IMG/VR virus record: IMGVR_UViG_3300049844_000026
Location: 1 to 30,820 of that record
Direction: 5' to 3' (one strand)
DNA from: a virus
Taxonomy: Duplodnaviria; Caudoviricetes
Length of the DNA: 30,820 nt
Shown here: piece after piece, positions 8,770 to 16,342 of the stretch
Layout of the letters: every line of letters starts with the position of its first letter
Numbering within the stretch: the first letter of the stretch is position 1
Position numbers and translations under genes: made by a program
The notes under the pieces: generated by a model
Told to the model about the DNA's origin: nothing
Databases searched by the model: none
What the model saw: the letters and a program-made list of their open reading frames with translations, nothing else

Positions 8770-9155
8770 AAGCCACAACCAAACAAAAAATCAGGGATGA
8801 GCTACTCCGTTGCAGGCCAAATGGTCTTACGTCAAACGAGTTGTCAGATCGACTCTCGATCAATCCAAACTTGGTGCGTGTAACGTTGACAAACATGGAT
8901 GACGTTTACATTTACAAATGGATGGTCACAAAAGCTGGCCACGGATTTATTGCGGTGTGGAAGTGCGTGCCAGTGCCAGAGAATGCCGCGCGTCCTGAAA
9001 CGCCACCACCAAAGCCTCGCAGAATCTATGACGAGAAATACAAGGCTCGCAAACGCGCCATGTACGCTGCTAAGTGCGGCAAGGTGATTCAAGACGCAGG
9101 CTCGGGCATTAGAACTCAAATTCGCGGCCCATGGCCAACGCAGGTGCAGCTATGA
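8766..9155 (+). CDS. Hypothetical protein with N-terminal HTH
   Basis: GLTSNELSDRLSINPNLVRVTL; ATGA overlaps. Confidence 0.7.
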   Translation: MKATTKQKIRDELLRCRPNGLTSNELSDRLSINPNLVRVTLTNMDDVYIYKWMVTKAGHGFIAVWKCVPVPENAARPETPPPKPRRIYDEKYKARKRAMYAAKCGKVIQDAGSGIRTQIRGPWPTQVQL

Positions 9156-9289
9156 ACGACGACGACCAAGAAGACGAATTTTGCTCATGGTGCAGTGGGT
9201 CAGGTGAAGGAATGTATGACGGTGCTACGTGTAGCAAATGCCACGGCTCTGGCGTTGAGCCTGTTGAAAACGAGGATGATGAGATATGA
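9152..9289 (+). CDS. 45-aa DnaJ-type zinc-finger mini-protein
   Basis: Not in ORF track. MNDDDQEDEFCSWCSGSGEGMYDGATCSKCHGSGVEPVENEDDEI has two CxxCxGxG motifs. ATGA overlaps at both ends. Confidence 0.8.
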   Translation: MNDDDQEDEFCSWCSGSGEGMYDGATCSKCHGSGVEPVENEDDEI

Positions 9290-9474
9290 AAATATTTTTT
9301 GCAATCATGGCTATTGGACTTCTATGTCCAGCATGGATGGCTTTAGGTGATTTGACTTGCTGGTTTTGGACTGGTGGCCAATGCTCAAACCTTGTTTGGG
9401 ATAGCAACAGAACTCTAATAGCTTGCGCTTCTGCTGGATTGTCGCTACCTTTTCTCGGGTTGCTTGTATCATGA
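9286..9474 (+). CDS. Small two-TM membrane protein
   Basis: Two hydrophobic stretches; ATGA overlaps at both ends. Confidence 0.7.
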   Translation: MKIFFAIMAIGLLCPAWMALGDLTCWFWTGGQCSNLVWDSNRTLIACASAGLSLPFLGLLVS

Positions 9475-9578
9475 ACTGGCCCTTCCCACCAGCAACAGGC
9501 GCAAAGCCTTGGACTGCCAAACAAATCAAAGCGTATCAACAAGCGCAACGCGCACAACTGCCAGAAAGCCCACTATGA
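9471..9578 (+). CDS. 35-aa hypothetical protein
   Basis: Not in ORF track. MNWPFPPATGAKPWTAKQIKAYQQAQRAQLPESPL, with ATGA overlaps at both ends. Confidence 0.7.
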   Translation: MNWPFPPATGAKPWTAKQIKAYQQAQRAQLPESPL

Positions 9579-10303
9579 GTAAAGAAGCAATTAGGTTGTC
9601 GGCTATTTTTAACTTGGCTGAAGAAATCTACAAAGAGAAAAAAGTTATTCCGTGGACTGAGGCCATTGAGGAAGCACTAGCCAAGCAAGAGCGGGGTGAG
9701 CCTGTGGCGCTAGACGAGTACGACGCTGGCCTATTGAATGACTATGGCGGTGGCAATGTTGCATGGTGGCAAGACTACATTCGCGCAGAGCTTGGACGCG
9801 CATATGAGCACTATCAATCTCAAATGCCGACACAGGATGGATTGCTTGCAGTTATCAAGTCAAACACTGACCGCCAAATCGAATGGGACAACAAGACACT
9901 CGAAGAGCGATGGTTGTACCACGAAGAAAACGCTTGCCCGCATTGCGGTGGTAGCGGCCATAAGGATGACGTTGAAGAACTCAAGGGGCAAGAGCCTGTG
10001 GACAGCGATCTACTCGATGATGCGCGAGCCGTCTTGGAAATCATCGTTCATGACCAGCCCGCAGAAACCTTCCGCGATGCTCGCGCCTTAATACCAAAGC
10101 TCAGAGAACGGCTTGGCTTGCCTCCCATAATCAATTTCACCCACCCACAGCCAAAGCGTGAGCCGCTGACGGTTGAACAACTGCGCCAGCACTGGCAGGT
10201 CGCCAAAGTGTTGGACATGACGGATGCCGAGATCGACTTCGCTGACTACGTACTCATCGCCCGTGATGTAGAGGCGCTGTATGGCATTAAGGGGGAAGCA
10301 TGA
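9575..10303 (+). CDS. Modular hypothetical protein (EPVA-junction type)
   Basis: Start at 9575 by ATGA overlap. Segments are joined by ERGEPVA, GQEPV and PKREPLT. One CPHCGGSG motif. Confidence 0.75.
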   Translation: MSKEAIRLSAIFNLAEEIYKEKKVIPWTEAIEEALAKQERGEPVALDEYDAGLLNDYGGGNVAWWQDYIRAELGRAYEHYQSQMPTQDGLLAVIKSNTDRQIEWDNKTLEERWLYHEENACPHCGGSGHKDDVEELKGQEPVDSDLLDDARAVLEIIVHDQPAETFRDARALIPKLRERLGLPPIINFTHPQPKREPLTVEQLRQHWQVAKVLDMTDAEIDFADYVLIARDVEALYGIKGEA

Positions 10304-10488
10304 CAAGAAAACCAATCGGCCTAACAGTGCCACACAGAGAGGTAGGCTACAAAGAACCAAAAGGATGGTGCGGCCTTGCTGACAGCGAGATCATTGAGAT
10401 TCTGCGCGACTACAACATGGAGCCATCGCCAAACAGGATGAACTACACCAAAGAGATCATCCGCACATTGATGGAGAGAAACACATGA
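10300..10488 (+). CDS. Hypothetical protein
   Basis: ATGA overlaps; WCGLADSEI...LMERNT. Confidence 0.7.
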   Translation: MTRKPIGLTVPHREVGYKEPKGWCGLADSEIIEILRDYNMEPSPNRMNYTKEIIRTLMERNT

Positions 10489-10610
10489 GCTACGAACTAA
10501 AAAGCCTGCTGACGTTGATCGGGTTGATCTTTGCATCAGCAGGCTTGACTGCGGTTGTTCTCTACTGGTTCGTCAGAAGAAGCGTCTACAACCACGACGA
10601 TCAAGCGTAA
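10485..10610 (+). CDS. 41-aa single-TM protein
   Basis: Not in ORF track. MSYELKSLLTLIGLIFASAGLTAVVLYWFVRRSVYNHDDQA, with GGAG RBS and ATGA overlap. Confidence 0.6.
   Translation: MSYELKSLLTLIGLIFASAGLTAVVLYWFVRRSVYNHDDQA
10499..10546 (-). terminator. Probable intrinsic terminator of the late/lysis transcript
   Basis: Perfect 11-bp inverted repeat AAGCCTGCTGA 10502-10512 / TCAGCAGGCTT 10536-10546 ending in a T5 run on the minus strand, about 55 nt after the endolysin stop. Confidence 0.55.
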
Positions 10611-11089
10611 GCGCGTGTGCCTTGCTTGTCGATGATGAGCTTTGACTTCATTGGCACATCGCCTTCGTTTGTAGTGATTGCTACATGAGTCCAACCTCCG
10701 CCGTTAACTGGATCTGAGAACTCGCGAATGACTTGCTGATATGGCAGATTGCTCGCGATGATTGCTTTCACAACTTGCTCAGGAATCATGCCTGGCACGC
10801 GAATATCGGCTGCACAGCCACGACGATGATCGCTCTTGTTGCTTGATCCGACTGCGTTATTCACTGCCTCGCTGCGGAATGCGCTATTCACCATGATTGG
10901 CTTGCCACCCAAAACAACTTTTAGTTGCTCCAAAAAGTCGGCCAAGCGCGGCAGGTTTGCTACAGCGTTCACGAACACTTCTTGACCGTTGATGATGCAC
11001 TTCTCGCGCTCAGTCGGAGTGTTGTCCAACTCGCGGTGATCGGTGTGTGTCAATTCTTCAAGCGTGAAGTGTGGGGTTAAGTTTGTCAT
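10601..11089 (-). CDS. Endolysin, peptidase M15A family
   Basis: LTPHFTLEEL, NSAFRS...VG....SDHRRGCAADI and WTHVA (His/Asp/His Zn ligands). Confidence 0.9.
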   Translation of the reverse strand: MTNLTPHFTLEELTHTDHRELDNTPTEREKCIINGQEVFVNAVANLPRLADFLEQLKVVLGGKPIMVNSAFRSEAVNNAVGSSNKSDHRRGCAADIRVPGMIPEQVVKAIIASNLPYQQVIREFSDPVNGGGWTHVAITTNEGDVPMKSKLIIDKQGTRAYA

Positions 11090-11487
11090 TTAATAGCCTT
11101 CAAGTTGTTGTAAAAATCAATGCACGAATTCAGTTCGATGATTGCTTGGTCGCCGTCTGCGGTGATGGCGATAAGGTCGTCAGCAGTCTTTGGGTCAAGT
11201 TCGGCTCGCGCTTCTGAATCCCCTGCGGCAGATCCGGCAGAGCAACTGGCACGGACTGACAACCTGACAGCGCCAGCAGCGACATCAGCGCGAAGCTGGT
11301 CAACTTTGATTTGAGCATCTCGTTTTTCCTTTTCAAGTTTTGCTGTTGTGGCAGCGGCCTCATCGCGCATCGACGATTCAATGCGCTCCACTTCTGCTTT
11401 GATCGCTTGGCGCTCGTCGTACTTGCCAGCGAGGAATGCCATCAGCAAGCACGCAATGAAGATGCCTAGATTACGCAGCATTTTCAT
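11086..11487 (-). CDS. Rz-like inner-membrane spanin
   Basis: N-terminal TM, coiled coil, RLSVRASC, ARAELDP...GDQAIIELNSCI. Contains an embedded lipoprotein ORF. Confidence 0.9.
   Translation of the reverse strand: MKMLRNLGIFIACLLMAFLAGKYDERQAIKAEVERIESSMRDEAAATTAKLEKEKRDAQIKVDQLRADVAAGAVRLSVRASCSAGSAAGDSEARAELDPKTADDLIAITADGDQAIIELNSCIDFYNNLKAIK
11130..11318 (-). CDS. Rz1-like outer-membrane spanin lipoprotein (embedded in Rz)
   Basis: MLKSKLTSFALMSLLALSGC lipobox, Pro-rich mature part, fully nested in another frame of Rz. Confidence 0.85.
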   Translation of the reverse strand: MLKSKLTSFALMSLLALSGCQSVPVALPDLPQGIQKREPNLTQRLLTTLSPSPQTATKQSSN

Positions 11488-11851
11488 CAGCCTGTGGAGG
11501 CGGAGTTTCGTCTGTCAATTTCTTGTAGACGTAGTTCACGCCAGCGTTCACGAATGTCATACCTGCCACTCCGCCAAGAACTCCACCAGAAAGCAGCATG
11601 GCATCGTTAACCTGCTTGGCAAAGATTGCATCAATTGGGGCCATACGCAGCATTGGCTGGATGGTGAAGATCAACGATGTGATGGCAATCAACACGGTGG
11701 ACGCGAACACAAATGCAATTGTGAGGATCACAACAGCCCACACGCGCACTTGAATCTGTTCTACGGTCATGCGCTCTTCAGGAATGAGCGGCTGTCCATC
11801 AATGCCAAGCATGATGCACAGAACTTTTTTCAGTTTCTCGGTGAATGTCAT
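11471..11851 (-). CDS. Two-TM membrane protein, holin candidate
   Basis: Two long hydrophobic segments; directly upstream of the spanin and endolysin genes. Confidence 0.6.
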   Translation of the reverse strand: MTFTEKLKKVLCIMLGIDGQPLIPEERMTVEQIQVRVWAVVILTIAFVFASTVLIAITSLIFTIQPMLRMAPIDAIFAKQVNDAMLLSGGVLGGVAGMTFVNAGVNYVYKKLTDETPPPQADENAA

Positions 11852-12039
11852 TTTTCGTCCTTTATCAACATCTCAGGTGGAAGTAGTTTGTCTGGGCAAG
11901 TGCCTTCGACTGTGCAAATTGGTGGCTTGCATTCTGCGTTTTCCCAGTTGCGCGGGTTCTGGCATGGGTAGCGATAGCGATCTTCACCAAAGATGAAAAC
12001 CGATGCGACCAATGCGATCATCAAAAGTATATATTTCAC
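11848..12039 (-). CDS. Small exported Cys-rich protein
   Basis: Signal-like N-terminus, then EDRYRYPCQNPRNW..ECKPPICTVEGTCP (4 Cys). Confidence 0.75.
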   Translation of the reverse strand: MKYILLMIALVASVFIFGEDRYRYPCQNPRNWENAECKPPICTVEGTCPDKLLPPEMLIKDEK

Positions 12040-12260
12040 TATTCACCTTTCTCGGTGTTGTTCACCAGTTTTAACAGTCTCTCCAGCTTCTCACGTTCCT
12101 CACGCAGCACAAGTGCGGCCTTCTGGTTTTCGCGAGTGCTGTTCTTTAACTCACCCTTCATCTTGCGACCTTCGAGCAAAAACAAAAACATCAAGACAAG
12201 CAAGATGCCAAACAAGAGGCACAGCAGGAAAGTTATTGCGTTGAATTCGCGCTTATCCAT
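12039..12260 (-). CDS. Single-TM protein with coiled coil
   Basis: Probable start at ATG 12260 (MDKREFNAITFLLCLLFGILLVLMFLFLL), then a charged helix. Confidence 0.7.
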   Translation of the reverse strand: MDKREFNAITFLLCLLFGILLVLMFLFLLEGRKMKGELKNSTRENQKAALVLREEREKLERLLKLVNNTEKGE

Positions 12261-13003
12261 ACTGTTCCCATCAACGTCCAGAAGTAAATCACCGTCACAA
12301 TCGCCCAGAACCAAGTCATGTTGCGGTCAATGTCGTCGCTGCGCTTCTGTGCAGCCTTCGCCTCTGTTGCCGCCTTCTCGCGCTTTTGCTTCATCTGGCG
12401 AGCCGCTTGACCAACTTTGACCTTGTCCTGCATCTCCTTGAACTGGCTCCAAATTGGGCCGAGTTGCCAAGGCGCATTGGTAGTCATCAAGCTCATGAGT
12501 GCTGGGTAGGCTGAGTCCACCTCAACCTGCAATTGCGTCAGCTCTAGCACTTCCTTTTGGTCGATTTCGTCCTTTCCAAAAACCTCTGCGTACCGCTTCT
12601 CCGTGTACGTCTTCAGGGTGTGATAGTTGTCAAACCAGTCGCCAACGTGCCCGATGAACTGCTGGACGATTTCGTCTTGGGTTGGGATGTGGTCGATGTA
12701 TCCATCATCCTTCTTAGATTTCTTTCCAGTTGCTTTTGCTTTAGGTGTTTCACTATGTTCCGGTGCGACCTGAAGTGGTGTTGGAGATGTAGGTTTACCA
12801 CCTCTTCCAAACATCCCAGTGAGCCACCCCCAGATACCAGTAACTTCGGCATAGATTTTCTTTGCGTCAGTAACACCGCCTTCAACAGTTTTCTTAACGC
12901 GCTGAATCTCAACAGACCCTTCACGAAGGCAGTCGCAGCAGAACTGTATGCCAGCCCACGCACCACGCATGGCTTGGAGGGCGAGCATAATTTCTGGGCC
13001 CAC
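12233..13003 (-). CDS. Hypothetical helical protein with C-terminal TM
   Basis: 256-aa ORF filling the gap; TWFWAIVTVIYFWTLMGTVWI near the C-terminus. Confidence 0.75.
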   Translation of the reverse strand: MGPEIMLALQAMRGAWAGIQFCCDCLREGSVEIQRVKKTVEGGVTDAKKIYAEVTGIWGWLTGMFGRGGKPTSPTPLQVAPEHSETPKAKATGKKSKKDDGYIDHIPTQDEIVQQFIGHVGDWFDNYHTLKTYTEKRYAEVFGKDEIDQKEVLELTQLQVEVDSAYPALMSLMTTNAPWQLGPIWSQFKEMQDKVKVGQAARQMKQKREKAATEAKAAQKRSDDIDRNMTWFWAIVTVIYFWTLMGTVWISANSTQ

Positions 13004-13004
13004 A

Positions 13005-13211
13005 TCACAGGCCGATCAGCTTCTTGAAGAATTCAGCAGCAGCACCAGGGCCTAGCAATACGGCAGCGAGAACCGCATAGATCAGATACTGCATCTTGTC
13101 CATGCGCTCTGCACCCTTATCAAGACGGTCGCTGATCGTTTCATAGCGTTGTGCGCACACGGCCTCGTGAGTATCGAGGCGAGCTTCAGTGACTGAAATC
13201 ATTTCCATCAT
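13005..13211 (-). CDS. Small coiled-coil plus TM protein (XhlA/holin-like)
   Basis: RLDTHEAVCAQRYETI...YLIYAVLAAVLLG; first gene of the membrane-protein cluster. Confidence 0.7.
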   Translation of the reverse strand: MMEMISVTEARLDTHEAVCAQRYETISDRLDKGAERMDKMQYLIYAVLAAVLLGPGAAAEFFKKLIGL

Positions 13212-13741
13212 TCAGCCTCGTCTGCTGGTTCAGGCGTGTTGCCTTGTGACAAAGCACGCTTTTTTGTTGCAGAGATTTTGCGCTTAGTTTCATCAGACAA
13301 TTTACGCCCCCTTTGTGCGTTTCCAACCTTGCACTTTGTCTCGGCTGAAAGTTTAGTTCCAAGTTTTGCTTGTCTCAGTTTCTCACGATGCTCTGGCGTA
13401 AAAGCTGGTCTGTTTGGTCGTTCAGCCATTTGCTTCTTAACCTGTTCAGAATAGTTTTCTCTTGCCTGTGCATACGTTGTTGAGTTGACCTTGCCATATT
13501 TACCCAAGTTGCTCATCATAAAGAAAGAGCGACCTGCAACACCACCACAAGCCTTCCAAAGCATCCAATGTGCAATGTAGTGTTGTCGTGGTGTCAACTT
13601 GATTAAATTGTCCTTATCATCAGAGCCGCCAAGACTGCGTGGCACGATGTGATGCATCTCGCAATATCCATCCACGGATTGACCTTTTAGGGCATCCATG
13701 AACCGCTGATAACGGCTGTAATGATGTTGGCTTTTAACCAT
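13208..13741 (-). CDS. HNH homing endonuclease with NUMOD3-like repeats
   Basis: EMHHIVPRSLGGSDDKDNLIKLTPRQHYIAHWML, then TPEHREKL, LSAETKCKV and LSDETKRKIS. Probable start at 13741. Confidence 0.9.
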   Translation of the reverse strand: MVKSQHHYSRYQRFMDALKGQSVDGYCEMHHIVPRSLGGSDDKDNLIKLTPRQHYIAHWMLWKACGGVAGRSFFMMSNLGKYGKVNSTTYAQARENYSEQVKKQMAERPNRPAFTPEHREKLRQAKLGTKLSAETKCKVGNAQRGRKLSDETKRKISATKKRALSQGNTPEPADEAE

Positions 13742-13955
13742 TTGGCAACAGCTTTGCAATTGTTTCAGTAGCCCATTCCTGAGTTACTGTGCCGCCTTCT
13801 TCTGCTGGCTCTGGAAGATTTCCTTCTTGAAGCCACTTAGCAAACTGCTGTGCATCTGTGTTGGCGGGGTCGAATGGGATGAAGGCGTTGTCTGCAACGC
13901 GCTCAATAGACAACGGGTTAACAGCACCTTCTGGTGTTTTCACAAGTTTATACAT
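13734..13955 (-). CDS. Small tail-fibre-associated protein (assembly chaperone-like)
   Basis: Directly after the fibre gene; IPFDPANTD..F..WL.EGN.PEPA motif. Confidence 0.75.
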   Translation of the reverse strand: MYKLVKTPEGAVNPLSIERVADNAFIPFDPANTDAQQFAKWLQEGNLPEPAEEGGTVTQEWATETIAKLLPNG

Positions 13956-15428
13956 TTATAGCTCCGCTGTTGCTGAAAGTGTTGCTGCGTATTGAGTAAG
14001 GGCCGTAGAAGAAGCTGTAACAATAAATGAATTACCGCTTGTTGTAATAAAATCGGAAGGGTAGGCTGCCGAAGTATTGACGTTGCTGAAAATTGTTTTA
14101 ACTGCCACAGTAGGCGCAGCTCGTTTAGTTACAGCATAGTTAACTACGCCTCCTTCAGTCACGCCGGATGTACCATTAAACCGCGTATATGCAAGCGGCT
14201 CTTCGTAATACCGCTGACACAAAGCCAACTCAGTACCATACGGGCGGTAGTCAAACGATGTGGCTGTGCTGCCTTTTTCTAGTTGAACGCCTGTGATGTA
14301 GAAAGTTGCGCCGTTCGTTCCTACTACGCTGGTTGCGCCTGTGGCAGATAAGTAAAGTGCACCAGCCCATGCCCCCGCAGTGCCACTCAATGTAGTGCCT
14401 ACACCAAGGCCAAACCGCAAGATTGCAGCAGTGTTATTTGTACCCAACCATGTGCCAGTCGTATCGCCAGCAATGGTGATCGACTTCTGCTCCCATGTAT
14501 TTGCGGAGTTGATGACGAACGTGAAAGGATAGCTTCGGTTGCCAGCGGCGTTAGTTACTGAACCGCCAAACGTGCCAGTCAAACTAGAACGCACCCAAAA
14601 CGAAACAGTGACTGGCGATGCGTTCGCTGTACCCCATGCCATGTCAGCAAAGTTAAAGCCCTCAATACGCTGTGAAATGTTGTACCAATCTGAGGAGCCG
14701 ACAGAATACGCCGATGTTGAAGTAATGCCTAAATAATTTGAGAATCCAACGGGCGGCGTCACCGCGCCAGCATTTTGTTGGACAGTCGCTTTACCTGTTT
14801 GAGTGTTTTGAAAAAACCAGCGGTCAAGCGTATACGCACTATCTGGCGTCACACTAGCCCCCGCATTACGCTGGTCAATCACCATCGCACCATTGATGAT
14901 GCGGTTTTTCATTGCGTTTGTGCCGTTGTTTGCGGCAATTGCAGCAAGCGCAGCATTAAACGCTTGAACGTCAACTCCGATTTCAACGCCAAGGTTGTCT
15001 CGCGCTGTCGCTGGGCTTGCCAGCCCAGAAAGATTCCCAGCCTTCGTCAACAACGATGCAGGATCAATTGATGCAGCAGAAGCGGCGGCAGCGTCGGCCG
15101 AAGCGTCGGCAGCAATAGCGCTCAAATTCGCTGCATCAGCAGAAGCATCAGCAAGGTTTGCGCTTGTCGCAGCTTCACCAGCCTTAGTTGTTGCAATGCC
15201 TGCTTGTGTAGTCGCCGTGCCAGCCGCTGCGGTGGCAATGCCAGCCTGAGTAGTCGCCGTGGCTGCATCGGCATCAGCAGCAGCTGCGTCTGCATCAACT
15301 TCTGCGGCAACAGCGTTTGCAGCAGTACCCCAGTCATCAAGAGCAGCAACAAAGGCAAACGCCTTCGCATTAAATTGTTCTGGCGAGTCGCCTAACGCTG
15401 GTGCGTCTGGTAGTGCTGGGATTGTCAT
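13956..15428 (-). CDS. Tail fibre / receptor-binding protein
   Basis: Ala/Thr-rich coiled shaft, ARDNLG motif, KNRIINGAM beta-rich domain, GVQLEKGSTATSFDYRPYGTELALCQRYY. Confidence 0.8.
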   Translation of the reverse strand: MTIPALPDAPALGDSPEQFNAKAFAFVAALDDWGTAANAVAAEVDADAAAADADAATATTQAGIATAAAGTATTQAGIATTKAGEAATSANLADASADAANLSAIAADASADAAAASAASIDPASLLTKAGNLSGLASPATARDNLGVEIGVDVQAFNAALAAIAANNGTNAMKNRIINGAMVIDQRNAGASVTPDSAYTLDRWFFQNTQTGKATVQQNAGAVTPPVGFSNYLGITSTSAYSVGSSDWYNISQRIEGFNFADMAWGTANASPVTVSFWVRSSLTGTFGGSVTNAAGNRSYPFTFVINSANTWEQKSITIAGDTTGTWLGTNNTAAILRFGLGVGTTLSGTAGAWAGALYLSATGATSVVGTNGATFYITGVQLEKGSTATSFDYRPYGTELALCQRYYEEPLAYTRFNGTSGVTEGGVVNYAVTKRAAPTVAVKTIFSNVNTSAAYPSDFITTSGNSFIVTASSTALTQYAATLSATAEL

Positions 15429-16342
15429 GTAAGACCCTCAAGTTCAAGTGTGCAGTCAGAATGCGTTGGGTACGAGATCGAAACTTGGAAGTCCTTGTAG
15501 ATCCCGAAAATGATTGTTGACTCGTAATCTCCGTGGCCAATCCATAAACATGGAGTTGCACGCACATCGGCTAAATACGAAACCGTCGAATCCACATCTT
15601 TCTTTTCCAGTAGCATACCAAAACTGGCACGCTTTGAAAAGGCTCGACGAACCAATACTGTGTCGCCAAACTCATTTGTCTCTTTGCGCGAGTAGTCCTG
15701 AATGCCGACGTTTGCACCGAGATTGACGCCAAGTCCAATGCTTCGGATCTGGCCAAACAAGATTACACCAACCGACATCTCGCCACCGCCGGTCAGGTCA
15801 ATCAAAATATCGGCCTCTGGGTACGAAGGCAGATCTGCTTGAACAGACAGCTCAGCAACCGATCGAATGCTAAAGAACCACTCCCACCAGCCAACAATAT
15901 CAGGATGCGACAAGAGCTGCGTTGTTTTGTCGTAAACCGTGCCATAAGTCGGGTCGATCATGCGCACTCGAACCGCATCAACGCCAGTCATATTCAGCAC
16001 TGACACGTTGTTCACTACCAAGCCAGGTGTGATCCTGTAGCTGATTGTGTCGGCCTGTGTGGTTTGAGTGCTGTTGGATGTGTCAAAGACTTTCCAGCGG
16101 TTTGTTGGGCCAACTTCGACCCACCAAGTCAGTGCGGTTACTGGGTCGTGATTCGTGTTCGATGACTGGAGCGACTCGTAAACCTTGTGCGTGCTTGTCA
16201 AAATCACACGAGCGCCAACGGCATAGGTAGTTCCACTAGACCACGCAGCGTAATCATTCTCAGGCACATCAGACGACACCAGCATGGCTGTAGTCATCGT
16301 CACTGGCTTGACCACTTTCAGTGCATACGTTGCTGCTGTCAT
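15425..16342 (-). CDS. Tail-tip protein (distal-tail position) with carbohydrate-binding-like insert
   Basis: Immediately after the tape measure gene. AWSSGTTYAVGARV..HKVYESLQ resembles CBM5/12 modules. Function inferred from position. Confidence 0.65.
   Translation of the reverse strand: MTAATYALKVVKPVTMTTAMLVSSDVPENDYAAWSSGTTYAVGARVILTSTHKVYESLQSSNTNHDPVTALTWWVEVGPTNRWKVFDTSNSTQTTQADTISYRITPGLVVNNVSVLNMTGVDAVRVRMIDPTYGTVYDKTTQLLSHPDIVGWWEWFFSIRSVAELSVQADLPSYPEADILIDLTGGGEMSVGVILFGQIRSIGLGVNLGANVGIQDYSRKETNEFGDTVLVRRAFSKRASFGMLLEKKDVDSTVSYLADVRATPCLWIGHGDYESTIIFGIYKDFQVSISYPTHSDCTLELEGLT

Noticed and set aside
13956-14230. Diversity-generating retroelement target at the fibre C-terminus
   Set aside because: No reverse transcriptase and no template repeat seen in the window.
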